Both the position numbers and the translations under genes were made by a program. From Candidatus Daviesbacteria bacterium RIFCSPLOWO2_01_FULL_39_23 (GTDB lineage: Bacteria; Patescibacteriota; Microgenomatia; Daviesbacterales; UBA10151), in assembly GCA_001776935.1 (NCBI GenBank), contig MFDN01000014.1:1464-65463 (forward strand): DNA of 64,000 bases. Direction: 5' to 3'. Of the stretch, positions 9,761-19,000 are shown piece by piece. Numbering within the stretch: the stretch's first letter is position 1; each line of letters starts with the position of its first letter. The notes beneath the pieces were generated by a model, which searched no databases, was not told the DNA's origin, and was given only the letters and a program-made list of their open reading frames with translations.

Positions 9761-10711
9761 ATGAACTGGGTTGATTTTGTCATTGTTGGCGCTTTAATAT
9801 TTTTCGCCCTTACTGCAATAGGAAGGTCATTTTTGTCTGAGCTTTTAGATTTGATAAGCTTTTTATTGGCGGGGTTTTTGTCTTTCCTTTACTATAACCT
9901 GCCGGCAAAATTTTTTGAGAGTCAGTTTCAAATTCCACACGGACTATCTTTAGTACTGGGATTTATGGTAGTCTGGTTTTTTTCCGAGATTTTTTTCTTT
10001 CTTATGGTCAGACTTTTACTGCCTGTGCTTCCTGCTGTTAAGATCCCCGGGTCAAAAATTTTATCTATGGTTCCCGCTGCCCTGCGGGGCTTAGTATTTA
10101 TCAGTCTGGCTTTGGTTTTAACTTCAACTTTTCCTATCCAGCCTGTTATCAAGAAGTCTGTACTGGAATCAGTTTTAGGAAGCAAGATCCTAAAATATGC
10201 CTATAATCTGGAGGCTCCTGTTAAAAGCGTGTTCGGAGGTGTAGCAAACGATTCCTTAACATTTTTAACCATAAAGCCTAAAACAGATGAAAGGGTTAAT
10301 TTAGGCTTTCAAACATCACAACTAACAGCAGATCCGGTGAACGAAGCAGCAATGACAGGATTGGTAAACAAAGAAAGATCACTCCGCGGTTTGAATATTT
10401 TAGTTTCCGATCAAAAGCTCCGGGATGTGGCAAGATTGCATTCGGAAGATATGTTTAAGCGGGGTTATTTTTCCCACTTTTCGCCTGAGGAAGCAACTGT
10501 TGCAGACAGGGTGCAAAAAGCAGGGGTGAATTTTTTGGTTGTGGGAGAAAATCTGGCTTATGCCCCGGGTTTAGAACTTGCCCACAAAGGGCTTATGAAT
10601 TCAGAAGGGCACAGGGTAAATATTTTATCCGAAGACTATCATAAAATCGGTATTGGAGTTATGGATGGAGGAGTATATGGCATGATGTTCACCCAGGTTT
10701 TCAGCAACTGA
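9761..10711 (+). CDS. CvpA (colicin V production) family membrane domain fused to CAP/SCP domain
   Basis: N-terminal MNWVDFVIV with multiple TMs; C-terminal LVNKER, ARLHSEDM, GENLA, LMNSEGHRVNIL, FTQVF. Confidence 0.88.
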   Translation: MNWVDFVIVGALIFFALTAIGRSFLSELLDLISFLLAGFLSFLYYNLPAKFFESQFQIPHGLSLVLGFMVVWFFSEIFFFLMVRLLLPVLPAVKIPGSKILSMVPAALRGLVFISLALVLTSTFPIQPVIKKSVLESVLGSKILKYAYNLEAPVKSVFGGVANDSLTFLTIKPKTDERVNLGFQTSQLTADPVNEAAMTGLVNKERSLRGLNILVSDQKLRDVARLHSEDMFKRGYFSHFSPEEATVADRVQKAGVNFLVVGENLAYAPGLELAHKGLMNSEGHRVNILSEDYHKIGIGVMDGGVYGMMFTQVFSN

Positions 10712-10714
10712 TTC

Positions 10715-10753
10715 TGTTAAGGTTACACCTTGGTCAAGGTGTAACCTTGGTAA
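10715..10753. repeat. REP-like 13-bp perfect inverted repeat, copy 1
   Basis: TGTT-AAGGTTACACCTT-GGTC-AAGGTGTAACCTT-GGTAA; homologous to 61514-61552. Confidence 0.85.
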
Positions 10754-10754
10754 A

Positions 10755-11351
10755 ATGGGACAAAATACAAAACTGCTTATAATAGTGAGTCTTCTGATAC
10801 TTTTCACAGGCTTTGCTTTTGTTTGGTTTGGTTTCAGGCAACCGGAGAGCGCTCCTACGCCAATTACTGAAACAGTACAACCTGAAGCCAGCTCTTCTGC
10901 CCGCCCGTTAGAAGCAGAGCAGGCTACTTTTGGCATAGAAGGAGAACGGGTTTTGGTCAAAAAAGTTGTGGACGGGGATACGATTGAGCTTGCAGATAAC
11001 CGGACTGTCCGTTTTATCGGCATAGATACTCCGGAAACCGTTGATCCGCGCCGGGCAGTTGGATGTTTTGGGAAAGAAGCCTCAAATGAAGTTAAAAATT
11101 TACTTTCAGGCAAAGAAATTATTTTGCAAAAAGACGTTTCTGAAACCGATAAATACAAAAGAATACTCCGTTATGTGTATCTTCCCATTAATGCAGGGGA
11201 AATGCTTTTTGTAAACGATTATCTTGTCAGGGAAGGCTTTGCCAAAGTTTTAACTTACCCTCCTGATGTTAAATTTAATGATGCTTTTAGGCAGGCAGAA
11301 AGGGAGGCGAAAGAAAATAAAAGGGGACTTTGGGGAAGATGCGGTGTATGA
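10755..11351 (+). CDS. Thermonuclease (SNase) family, membrane-anchored
   Basis: VVDGDTI, VRFIGIDTPE, DKYKRILRYVY, AEREAKENKRGLW motifs. Confidence 0.93.
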   Translation: MGQNTKLLIIVSLLILFTGFAFVWFGFRQPESAPTPITETVQPEASSSARPLEAEQATFGIEGERVLVKKVVDGDTIELADNRTVRFIGIDTPETVDPRRAVGCFGKEASNEVKNLLSGKEIILQKDVSETDKYKRILRYVYLPINAGEMLFVNDYLVREGFAKVLTYPPDVKFNDAFRQAEREAKENKRGLWGRCGV

Positions 11352-11384
11352 TAAACTAAATTAAGGGAACTACTTTCTGCAAAG

Positions 11385-11873
11385 ATGAAAAAGTTTGTTA
11401 TTCAGTCTGTTCTTTTGCTGGGGGTTATTATTATTGCGGTTTTTTTGTTTCAATCAAATGCCAGGGTGCCTGAACTGCCTTTTTTGCCGCGGCCTTCTGT
11501 TTTAGGGGAAGTGGAGATTAACGGAGCTTTGCTGAAGGTTGAGATTGCAGACACCCAGGATAAAAGAAGCAAAGGTTTAGGAGGAAAACAGCCCCTTGCG
11601 TCGGATGAAGGAATGCTTTTTATTTTTCCAAAAGCCGACAAGCATCCTTTTTGGATGAAAGGATTAAGTTTTCCATTGGACTTTGTATGGATTCGGGAAA
11701 ATAAAGTTGTGGATGTTTTACAAAATATTCCTCCGCCCCAGCCGGAGCAAACTGATGAATCCTTGCCAATTTATTCTTCCAACGAACCGGCGGATAAAGT
11801 ATTGGAAGTCTTAGCCGGAACAGCAAAAAGGTTGAATATTAAAGCAGGAGATTTGGTAAAGATTGAATTTTAA
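11385..11873 (+). CDS. DUF192 family protein
   Basis: VEIADT...GL...GMLFIF...FWMKG..FPLDFVWI...VLEVLAG. Confidence 0.9.
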   Translation: MKKFVIQSVLLLGVIIIAVFLFQSNARVPELPFLPRPSVLGEVEINGALLKVEIADTQDKRSKGLGGKQPLASDEGMLFIFPKADKHPFWMKGLSFPLDFVWIRENKVVDVLQNIPPPQPEQTDESLPIYSSNEPADKVLEVLAGTAKRLNIKAGDLVKIEF

Positions 11874-11875
11874 AA

Positions 11876-13378
11876 ATGATTGAGATTCTGCCCCTTAGGG
11901 TTTTAACAGATGAAGATACGCCAATTTTTGGCGCGTTAAATGTGGCGCTTGGCAAAATAAAAAGATCGGATTTTCCGGTTTGCGACGGAATAGTAATCAA
12001 CGCTCCCTGTTTTAAGCTGAAAGCAGTTTTGGAGCATTTTGATTTTGGTTCAAGAGAAGTTTTCGAGCAGTCGTTAACTTTGGTAAAAAAGGAAATCAGC
12101 TCTATTGCAGTGCCTGCAGTATTAGAAAAAGAAACAAAAGGAAAAAAGGGTTATTTCCTTAAAGGAAAGACATATAAATCCGTAAACTCGCTTTGGTCGG
12201 CGCTTCTTTCGATATGGATAGACCAAATAAAGCAAAGGCTTTGGAATAAAGGATTTTATGAAGGAATCACCGAAAACCTAGAACCGCTTTTTACGGCTTT
12301 TGTTAAGAAAGTTCAGGGGTTTGGTTCGGCCTCTTTTGATCAGTTTGAGGATGATACAGTTGTTTTGGTAAAATCCGGCAAACTGCACCCTTCTGATTAT
12401 AAAAAAATTTCAGACCTTGTGACTTTGGCAAATAAGAAATTATTTATTCCGCATGAATATGAGTGGGTTATAGACGCGGGAGTAAAGTTTGTTGGCGTGA
12501 AGCCGCATACTCCAAACCAGGATACTTTAACGACCCAGGCTGTAAAGATAAATCTGAATAGCGTGTCTTCAGTTGTCCCTGTAAGAGAAACAAAAAGCAC
12601 AGTTAAGGTATTTTTTGATCTATCCTCCGGTTTTGCTATAGAAAAAAACATTGACGGCGTTTATATTGCATCTGAAAAGATATTTGATTTAAATTTACCC
12701 AGCAAGTCTTTTGATAACTTGGTATTTAAAATTGTGGAAGCGGCTGTTACTTTTCCCTCCTCACCTGTTTTTTTAAAGCTTGCAGATAAATCAGAAGGGA
12801 TGGGAAAAATCCGGGGGGCTTTGCGGCTTTTGCACCAAAAAAACCTTTTTGAACCTTTGGCAGAAGCTGTTTCTTTTGCCCGTCATAAAAAGGGACTCGT
12901 TAATGTACACATTGTTATTCCTTTTGTCCGGGGGGTTAATGAACTTTTGCAGATTAAAAGAGATTTGGCTGTCAAAAAACTTTCAAGAAAAAATTCTCTG
13001 CAGCTTTGGATGGAGGTTTGTGTGCCGGAAAACATTATTAATATGGAAGAATATTTGCTGGCAGGGATTGACGGGGTGGTTTTAAATTTGAATGAACAGA
13101 TTGCCCATCTTAACGGTTTTGATCCCAAAGAGGAGGAGTTGTCTTTTTATAAAAATGAGGTGGAAGGGCTGATTAAATTTTTGGAGGATCCGATCAGGCT
13201 TTTACATAAATCCAAAATTCCTTTTATAGTTTGCGGAAGCATGGCCCTTTATCCCAAAGTTTTGGAGTTTTTAGTGGAAAAGGGTGTATGGGGAATAGTG
13301 GTGGAACGTTTTGAGGCTCACTCAATCAGGGATTTGCTTCACCAAACAGAAAAAAGAATGATTTTGAGAAGAATGTAA
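11876..13378 (+). CDS. Degenerate PEP synthase / PEP-utilising enzyme-like protein (TIM-barrel domain)
   Basis: IRGALRLL, VHIVIPFVR, LQLWMEVCVPEN, IDGVV and CG motifs echo the PpsA C-terminal domain; no GGxTSH phosphocarrier motif. Confidence 0.65.
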   Translation: MIEILPLRVLTDEDTPIFGALNVALGKIKRSDFPVCDGIVINAPCFKLKAVLEHFDFGSREVFEQSLTLVKKEISSIAVPAVLEKETKGKKGYFLKGKTYKSVNSLWSALLSIWIDQIKQRLWNKGFYEGITENLEPLFTAFVKKVQGFGSASFDQFEDDTVVLVKSGKLHPSDYKKISDLVTLANKKLFIPHEYEWVIDAGVKFVGVKPHTPNQDTLTTQAVKINLNSVSSVVPVRETKSTVKVFFDLSSGFAIEKNIDGVYIASEKIFDLNLPSKSFDNLVFKIVEAAVTFPSSPVFLKLADKSEGMGKIRGALRLLHQKNLFEPLAEAVSFARHKKGLVNVHIVIPFVRGVNELLQIKRDLAVKKLSRKNSLQLWMEVCVPENIINMEEYLLAGIDGVVLNLNEQIAHLNGFDPKEEELSFYKNEVEGLIKFLEDPIRLLHKSKIPFIVCGSMALYPKVLEFLVEKGVWGIVVERFEAHSIRDLLHQTEKRMILRRM

Positions 13379-13498
13379 GTTGTATTTTGAAAGCGGTGAA
13401 GTCACAAGTAACCAAAAAATATTGATTGTTTTGTGTACACCAACCTAAATGATTGAGTTTAAGGACTTAATCACAAAATAATCACTAAGTGAGGAAGT

Positions 13499-14185
13499 TT
13501 ATTGAAGGTGAAATAATAAAATATATTCCCCTTTGGGTCCACCGGCTGGCGTATTTAAATCCTCAAGCCACTTGCTGATAGCTTGTTTCTTAACAGACTG
13601 ATGGATTTTAGTTAGTTCCTTGGCTAAAATAACCTCAATATCCCCAAAAATTTCCTTCATGTCAGATAAATCAGTACGGAGTTTATAAGGAGAAACAAAA
13701 AAAATAACAGTAGCATTTAGCTTCCCACATTCGATGTGGGAACGCAGATTTTTCAGTAAGTTTAGTCTTTGGCCGCTTTTTTCAGGCGGGTAGCCTAAAA
13801 ACATAAATTTATCAGGAGGAAGTCCGGATAAAGTTAATGAGGTGATTACAGAAGATGGGCCCGGGAGGGAGTCAACTTCCAGTCCCAAATTAATGCATTC
13901 CCTTACTAATTTATACCCGGGATCAGATATTAATGGGGTGCCGGCATCAGACACCAAAGCTAAGTTTTGACTGCATTTTAGTCGATCGACAATTATGCGT
14001 ATACTTTGAGCTTCGTTGTAGTCATTTAAAACAAGCAAAGGTTTTTGAATTTGGTAATGATTTAAAAGTTGAGCAGTCCTGCGGGTATCTTCACAAATTA
14101 TTGCGTCAACTTCTTTTAAAGTCTCAAGTGCCCTTAAAGTGATATCTTTTAAATTACCGATAGGTGTTGGAACAATATATAGCAT
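13499..14185 (-). CDS. rsmI: 16S rRNA (cytidine1402-2'-O)-methyltransferase
   Basis: LYIVPTPIGNLKDITLRA, CEDTR, VSDAGTPLISDPG, KELTKIH. Confidence 0.95.
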   Translation of the reverse strand: MLYIVPTPIGNLKDITLRALETLKEVDAIICEDTRRTAQLLNHYQIQKPLLVLNDYNEAQSIRIIVDRLKCSQNLALVSDAGTPLISDPGYKLVRECINLGLEVDSLPGPSSVITSLTLSGLPPDKFMFLGYPPEKSGQRLNLLKNLRSHIECGKLNATVIFFVSPYKLRTDLSDMKEIFGDIEVILAKELTKIHQSVKKQAISKWLEDLNTPAGGPKGEYILLFHLQ

Positions 14186-14201
14186 AAAGGGAAGCAGGGA
14201 C

Positions 14202-14822
14202 TTATTTTCTGAATCTTTTTATAATACTGGCCCGGATTTCCGCATCAACCAGCATATGATGTAAAGCAGGCAGAATGGAGGCAATAATTATCAGTCCGAT
14301 AATCGGTAAAAGGTATTTATCAACATCAGGGATTAGGTTTCCTAAATAATACCCTGTTAAAGTCACGCCGATTGCCCAAAGCAATCCTCCTATTAAGTTG
14401 AAGCTGACAAATTTTTTGTAGTCCATTTTTCCGGCTCCTGCCACAACAGGTGCAAATGCCCTGATAACCGGCACAAACCTTGCTAAAATAATTGTTTTGC
14501 CGCCATGCTTATCGTAAAATTTCTGCGCCCTATCAAGATGCTTTTTTTGGAAAAGAAGGGAATTCTCTTTGTTAAAAATCTTCGGTCCCAGTTTTGATCC
14601 GATAAAATATCCGGCAGTATCACCTGCTACAGCAGCAATAAAGCAACCTATTATTAGTAAGGTGATATCTAAAAAACCTTTGGAGGCTAAGATTCCGGCG
14701 GTAAAAAGCAGGCTGTCGCCGGGGAAGAAAAATCCAACCAGCATTCCTGATTCCAAAAAAACAATGGCAAAAACCCCAAAATAGCCGGCAGTCTTAATTA
14801 AAGATTCAAGGTCAAAATGCAT
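14202..14822 (-). CDS. dedA: DedA/SNARE-associated membrane protein
   Basis: FLESGMLVGFFFPGDSLLF, GGKTIILARFVPVIRAFAP. Confidence 0.93.
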   Translation of the reverse strand: MHFDLESLIKTAGYFGVFAIVFLESGMLVGFFFPGDSLLFTAGILASKGFLDITLLIIGCFIAAVAGDTAGYFIGSKLGPKIFNKENSLLFQKKHLDRAQKFYDKHGGKTIILARFVPVIRAFAPVVAGAGKMDYKKFVSFNLIGGLLWAIGVTLTGYYLGNLIPDVDKYLLPIIGLIIIASILPALHHMLVDAEIRASIIKRFRK

Positions 14823-14906
14823 TAAGACAGTATAACAGAAAAAATATTACATATATATTGTTACTTGTGCAGATTTATATTATAGTTAAAAATAATCTGC
14901 TTTTTC

Positions 14907-15167
14907 TTGCCCGAAATAAACATGGGAATATGTGAGAGATGTCCTTTATATAAGAAAATCAAGCTTTATGAAAAAGCAGGAAGAGATCGTGATTTGGCAA
15001 GGCAAGAGGGCAAAACACAAGGGATTGGTAATGACGTGGAGGGATTGGTAGAGCATTTTGCAAACACAGCAGAGATGCTTAAAATTGCTTGCAAGTCAGA
15101 ACTTTTATGCAGAAAGTATTTTCCCGAATTGGTAGTTCAGCAAGAAATGGCAAGTGTTAAAGTCTAA
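14907..15167 (+). CDS. Small hypothetical orphan protein with CxxC
   Basis: 86-aa ORF (TTG start; alternative ATG at 14922), CERCP plus two more Cys. Confidence 0.45.
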   Translation: MPEINMGICERCPLYKKIKLYEKAGRDRDLARQEGKTQGIGNDVEGLVEHFANTAEMLKIACKSELLCRKYFPELVVQQEMASVKV

Positions 15168-15781
15168 GCAAACCTGCGGATAACCCCCACACATTTTCCC
15201 TGAATTTTTACATCAGTTGCATAAATCGGCTGCATGGTGGAGTTGGCAGGTTCCAACCTTATCCTGTTGGGTTCTTTGAAGAATCTTTTTAAGGTGGCAA
15301 GTCCGTTTTCCAAAAGTGCCACTACAATATCTCCGTCAATTGCGGTATTTTGTTCCTCAATAATGACATAATCGCCGTCTAAGATACCCTCTTCTATCAT
15401 AGAATCACCCTTAACTTGTAAAACATAAGAGCGTTTTTTACCCGAGACCATAGAAGACGCCACTTTTATTGAGGCATCAGGGTCTGTATAGGTCATTATT
15501 GGCTGGCCTGCTGCAATAAATCCCAACACCGGCAATTCTATTCCTGCTAGAGCAGCAGAAATCTTTTGGTCAACAACCTCAATCCCTCTGACAGCGCCTT
15601 CGAATTTTTTAATGACGCCTTTTGTAACCAATGCCTGCAAATGTTCGTGTACTGTTGCCAAAGAAGAAACCCCGATGCTTTCGGCAATTTCTCCAAGGGT
15701 TGGGGAATAGCTGTACTTTTCAATGTATTGCTTTATAAAATCAAGGATTTGTTTTTGTCTTCTATATAATGTTATTGGCAT
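15164..15781 (-). CDS. lexA: SOS transcriptional repressor LexA
   Basis: RQKQILDFI...YSPTLGEIA HTH, IAAG cleavage site, VKGDSM catalytic Ser, ATLKRF catalytic Lys. Confidence 0.97.
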   Translation of the reverse strand: MPITLYRRQKQILDFIKQYIEKYSYSPTLGEIAESIGVSSLATVHEHLQALVTKGVIKKFEGAVRGIEVVDQKISAALAGIELPVLGFIAAGQPIMTYTDPDASIKVASSMVSGKKRSYVLQVKGDSMIEEGILDGDYVIIEEQNTAIDGDIVVALLENGLATLKRFFKEPNRIRLEPANSTMQPIYATDVKIQGKCVGVIRRFA

Positions 15782-15787
15782 AACCCC

Positions 15788-15816
15788 ACACTACCAATAA
15801 AACCCGAAGGTGTCAA
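15788..15816 (-). promoter_or_regulatory. lexA sigma70-type promoter with candidate LexA operator in the spacer
   Basis: TTGACA-17 nt-TAGTGT, 6 nt before ATG; spacer contains TTCGGGTTTTATTGG (15794-15808). Confidence 0.7.
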
Positions 15817-16046
15817 GATAGCAATTTCTCTTACAATTCCCTTACCGCTGTTTTGTAGTTCTCTAACACTACTGCTGTATTCTACTCATCATTAGAACAC
15901 CTATGGCGGATTTTTTAAACGGCAATAAAATTTTTAATACTTTCAAAGAGCAGGTTTCAATATACCTAAATTCTTACAGTAAGCTTACGTCTCTGTGGTT
16001 GTTACCTTACAAACTTAAAGTAATCTACACACTATTGGAAAAAAAT

Positions 16047-19000
16047 ATGTTTAAGTTTTTTGCAAAGAAATCTATTACCCTAATTTCAATATTTTCATTA
16101 TTTATAAATATAATTTCACCTTTGGCTTTAGCCGGTCAAATTTATGCACAGGAAGCTTCCCCTGCTCCGGTTGTGGAAGAAGCCCCGGCTCCCTCTGCTA
16201 ATCCAGGCGAATCGCCAGTCCCAACTACTAATGAAAACACCCCGGCAGAAGCTTCTCCAGCTCCGGAGGTATCACCAACTCCTGAGCCTTCTCCGGTTGT
16301 AAGCCCTGAACCATCCCCTTCGCAGGTTTCAGAACCGGTATTGGAAGAAACTGCTAATGAATCTTCACCGGCAGCTGTTGTAGACCCGACTCCACAGGAG
16401 CAAACTTCTGCCACACCTGTTTGGCAAAATATTGCAGATAAAGAATTTACTACTTCTGAAAATGTAACTTTGGGTAATGAATATACTGCTCCCCAAAACG
16501 ATAAAGTAAAAGTCCAGTTTACAAAATTACCTGACCCTTCGGGAAAACTTACTATTAAAGAAGTAAAACTTACTCCTGAAGAAATGACATCTTTGGGAGC
16601 ATTTTCAGATACAGCCTACGACATCACCTCCACTATGTCTGATAGTACTTTTGAATATGACCTGACCCTGCCTTTACCGCAGGAGGCTCAAAACAAGGAA
16701 GTTGAAGTTAAAGCAGCAGAGACAGAAGAACAAATCTCACAGGCAACAGAAGTAACCGAGCAAAAGGAAAAGAAAACCCAGGATACTATTACTATAAAAG
16801 GCTTAAACCACTTTACAGTCTTTGTTATCACCACCCCAAGCCCTGATACTACTCAGAGAGTACTTATTAATGAAATACTGCCAAACCCGACTGCGGGTGC
16901 TGAATGGGTAGAATTTTTCAACAATGGCACTACCTCCGTAAACTTGGGGGCAGGTACAGGTTGGACAATTACAAACTCAGTAGGCAGTATACAGTCTCTT
17001 AGTGCACTGGGTACTATTCCTGCAGCAGGACGAGTAGTATTTGATGCTCCAGCAGGCTGGCTTTCCAATACTGCTCCGGAAACAATTACCATATCCAATG
17101 AGCTGGGCACAGTAGTTGATACTGTTACCGTATCTTTGATTGCTCCGGGTTTTGCAATTGACCACTATCCTTTAGCCGGAGAATCTGTTGGCAGAAGAAC
17201 AGACGGAGTTAACGAATGGTTGATTTTCACTACCCCGTCCAAAGGAACTGCCAATGTAGTACCGGTAGTTGGTGGGGCCGGACGGTTAGCTGAAGTTGGG
17301 CCTGTTGCCCCTGCAGGAGGACTTAGGGCAGGTTCCCCTAACTGGTACAGGGATAACAATAATTTAACACTTGAGCTGATGGAAGCAGCTGATGCAAACG
17401 GAATCTCCGCTCCTGTTGAGGCTGGCAATCCGTTTTCAGCCCAGATTGGTTTTGGAGCTGAAGGCTTCTGGTGGTCAGCTGAAGCTGATTTAACAACTTC
17501 TGCAGGCAGCGCGCTTTTAGTACAGGCAATTGAAGCAGCTTTTGCCGGTGAGTCAGCAGTTGACGGTGAACAGTCTTCTTTTGCCAGGATTAGGATTAGA
17601 GTTGATGTTGGCGAGCCGGGTACCTATATTGTTACTTATCCTTATGGTCAAAAGACCTATACTGTTACAACCCCTGGAGTTAGAGCTATTAATGATACTG
17701 TAGATATTGGCTGTTTTGCCCAGCCAGGCGTGAGCTGTGACCAGGTCGGTCAGCCTAACTTCTCCACACTGCTAAATGGCGGAATTGGGCCATTTTTAAC
17801 CTGGGATACTTTTAATTCGACCGGACCTTCTGACCCTGCTTTAAATATTGGCGGCAGAAGGTATGTGGGAACTGTTGCTACTCCGCATACAGTTAAAGGT
17901 TCCCCGACCGGTAATAATTTCTTCAGGATTCAGGGTCCGAATATCGGAGGCCCGGGGATCAATGTCATACAAACAAACCTTTTTACAGTCACCGGAAGAT
18001 TGGCAGGAGCAGGAGCTCCCGTTATAACCCTGCACGGTGCTAACCCTGTTAATGTATTGCAGAATGCGCCTTATACTGCAACAGAAGATGCCGGAGCCAC
18101 AGCTTTGGATGATGTGGATGGTAATTTGACAGCGAATATTCAAATAACCGGATTGCCGGTTAATACCGCCACAATAGGCGCTAAAACAGTAACTTATACA
18201 GTTACAGACAGTGCGGGCAATACTGCCACAGCCACAAGGACAGTAAATGTTGTAGAAACATCGGCAGTTGATGGAGTTGCCCCTGTAATAACCATTGCCG
18301 GTAATAACCCTGCCACGGTAGTAGCAGGAACTGCCTATATTGATGCAGGAGCTACAGCTTTGGATAATGTTGACGGCGCAGTGGCTGTATCTACAACAGG
18401 TTTGCCGGTTAATACATCAGTAGTTGGTTCTGCTACGGTTACATATACTGCAACTGATGCGGCCGGCAATACTGCAAGCCTTGACAGAATCGTCAATATA
18501 GTGGCAGATAATGTTGCCCCGACTATTACCATTACAGGTTCAAACCCGGTGTTTGTCTTCATCGGTGGAACCTATACGGATGCCGGTGCTACTTGCACAG
18601 ACAATGTAGACGGAGATTGTACTGCCTTAATAATCACTTCCGGTGCTGTGATTGATACTTCTGCTGCAGGTTCTCATACAGTTAATTATGCTTATACAGA
18701 CGCTGCCGGCAATAACACCAGCGTTAACAGGACTGTCAACGTAGCTGCTACCCTGCCCGCCGGATTGGTTGAAGTCGGACCTGTTGCTCCTGCAGGAGGG
18801 TTGGGGGCAGGTTTCCCGGAGTGGTACAAAGATTCAAACGCTTTAATCTTAGATTTAATGGAAGCGGCTGATCCTCACAGCATTTCCGCTCCTGTTGAAG
18901 CAGGTAATGCTTTCTCTGAAACTCTTGGCTTTGGAGCTGAAGGCTTTTGGTGGGCGACTGATGCTGATATGGCTACCTCAGGCCCTAATGGCGCAATTTT

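Noticed and set aside
13379-13498. 120-nt gap between convergent genes as a possible ncRNA
   Set aside because: Only weak, short stems visible and no recognisable RNA family motif
15903-16046. First 48 codons of the 1966-aa ORF
   Set aside because: The signal-peptide-like sequence starts at the ATG at 16047; the upstream AT-rich stretch looks like promoter DNA
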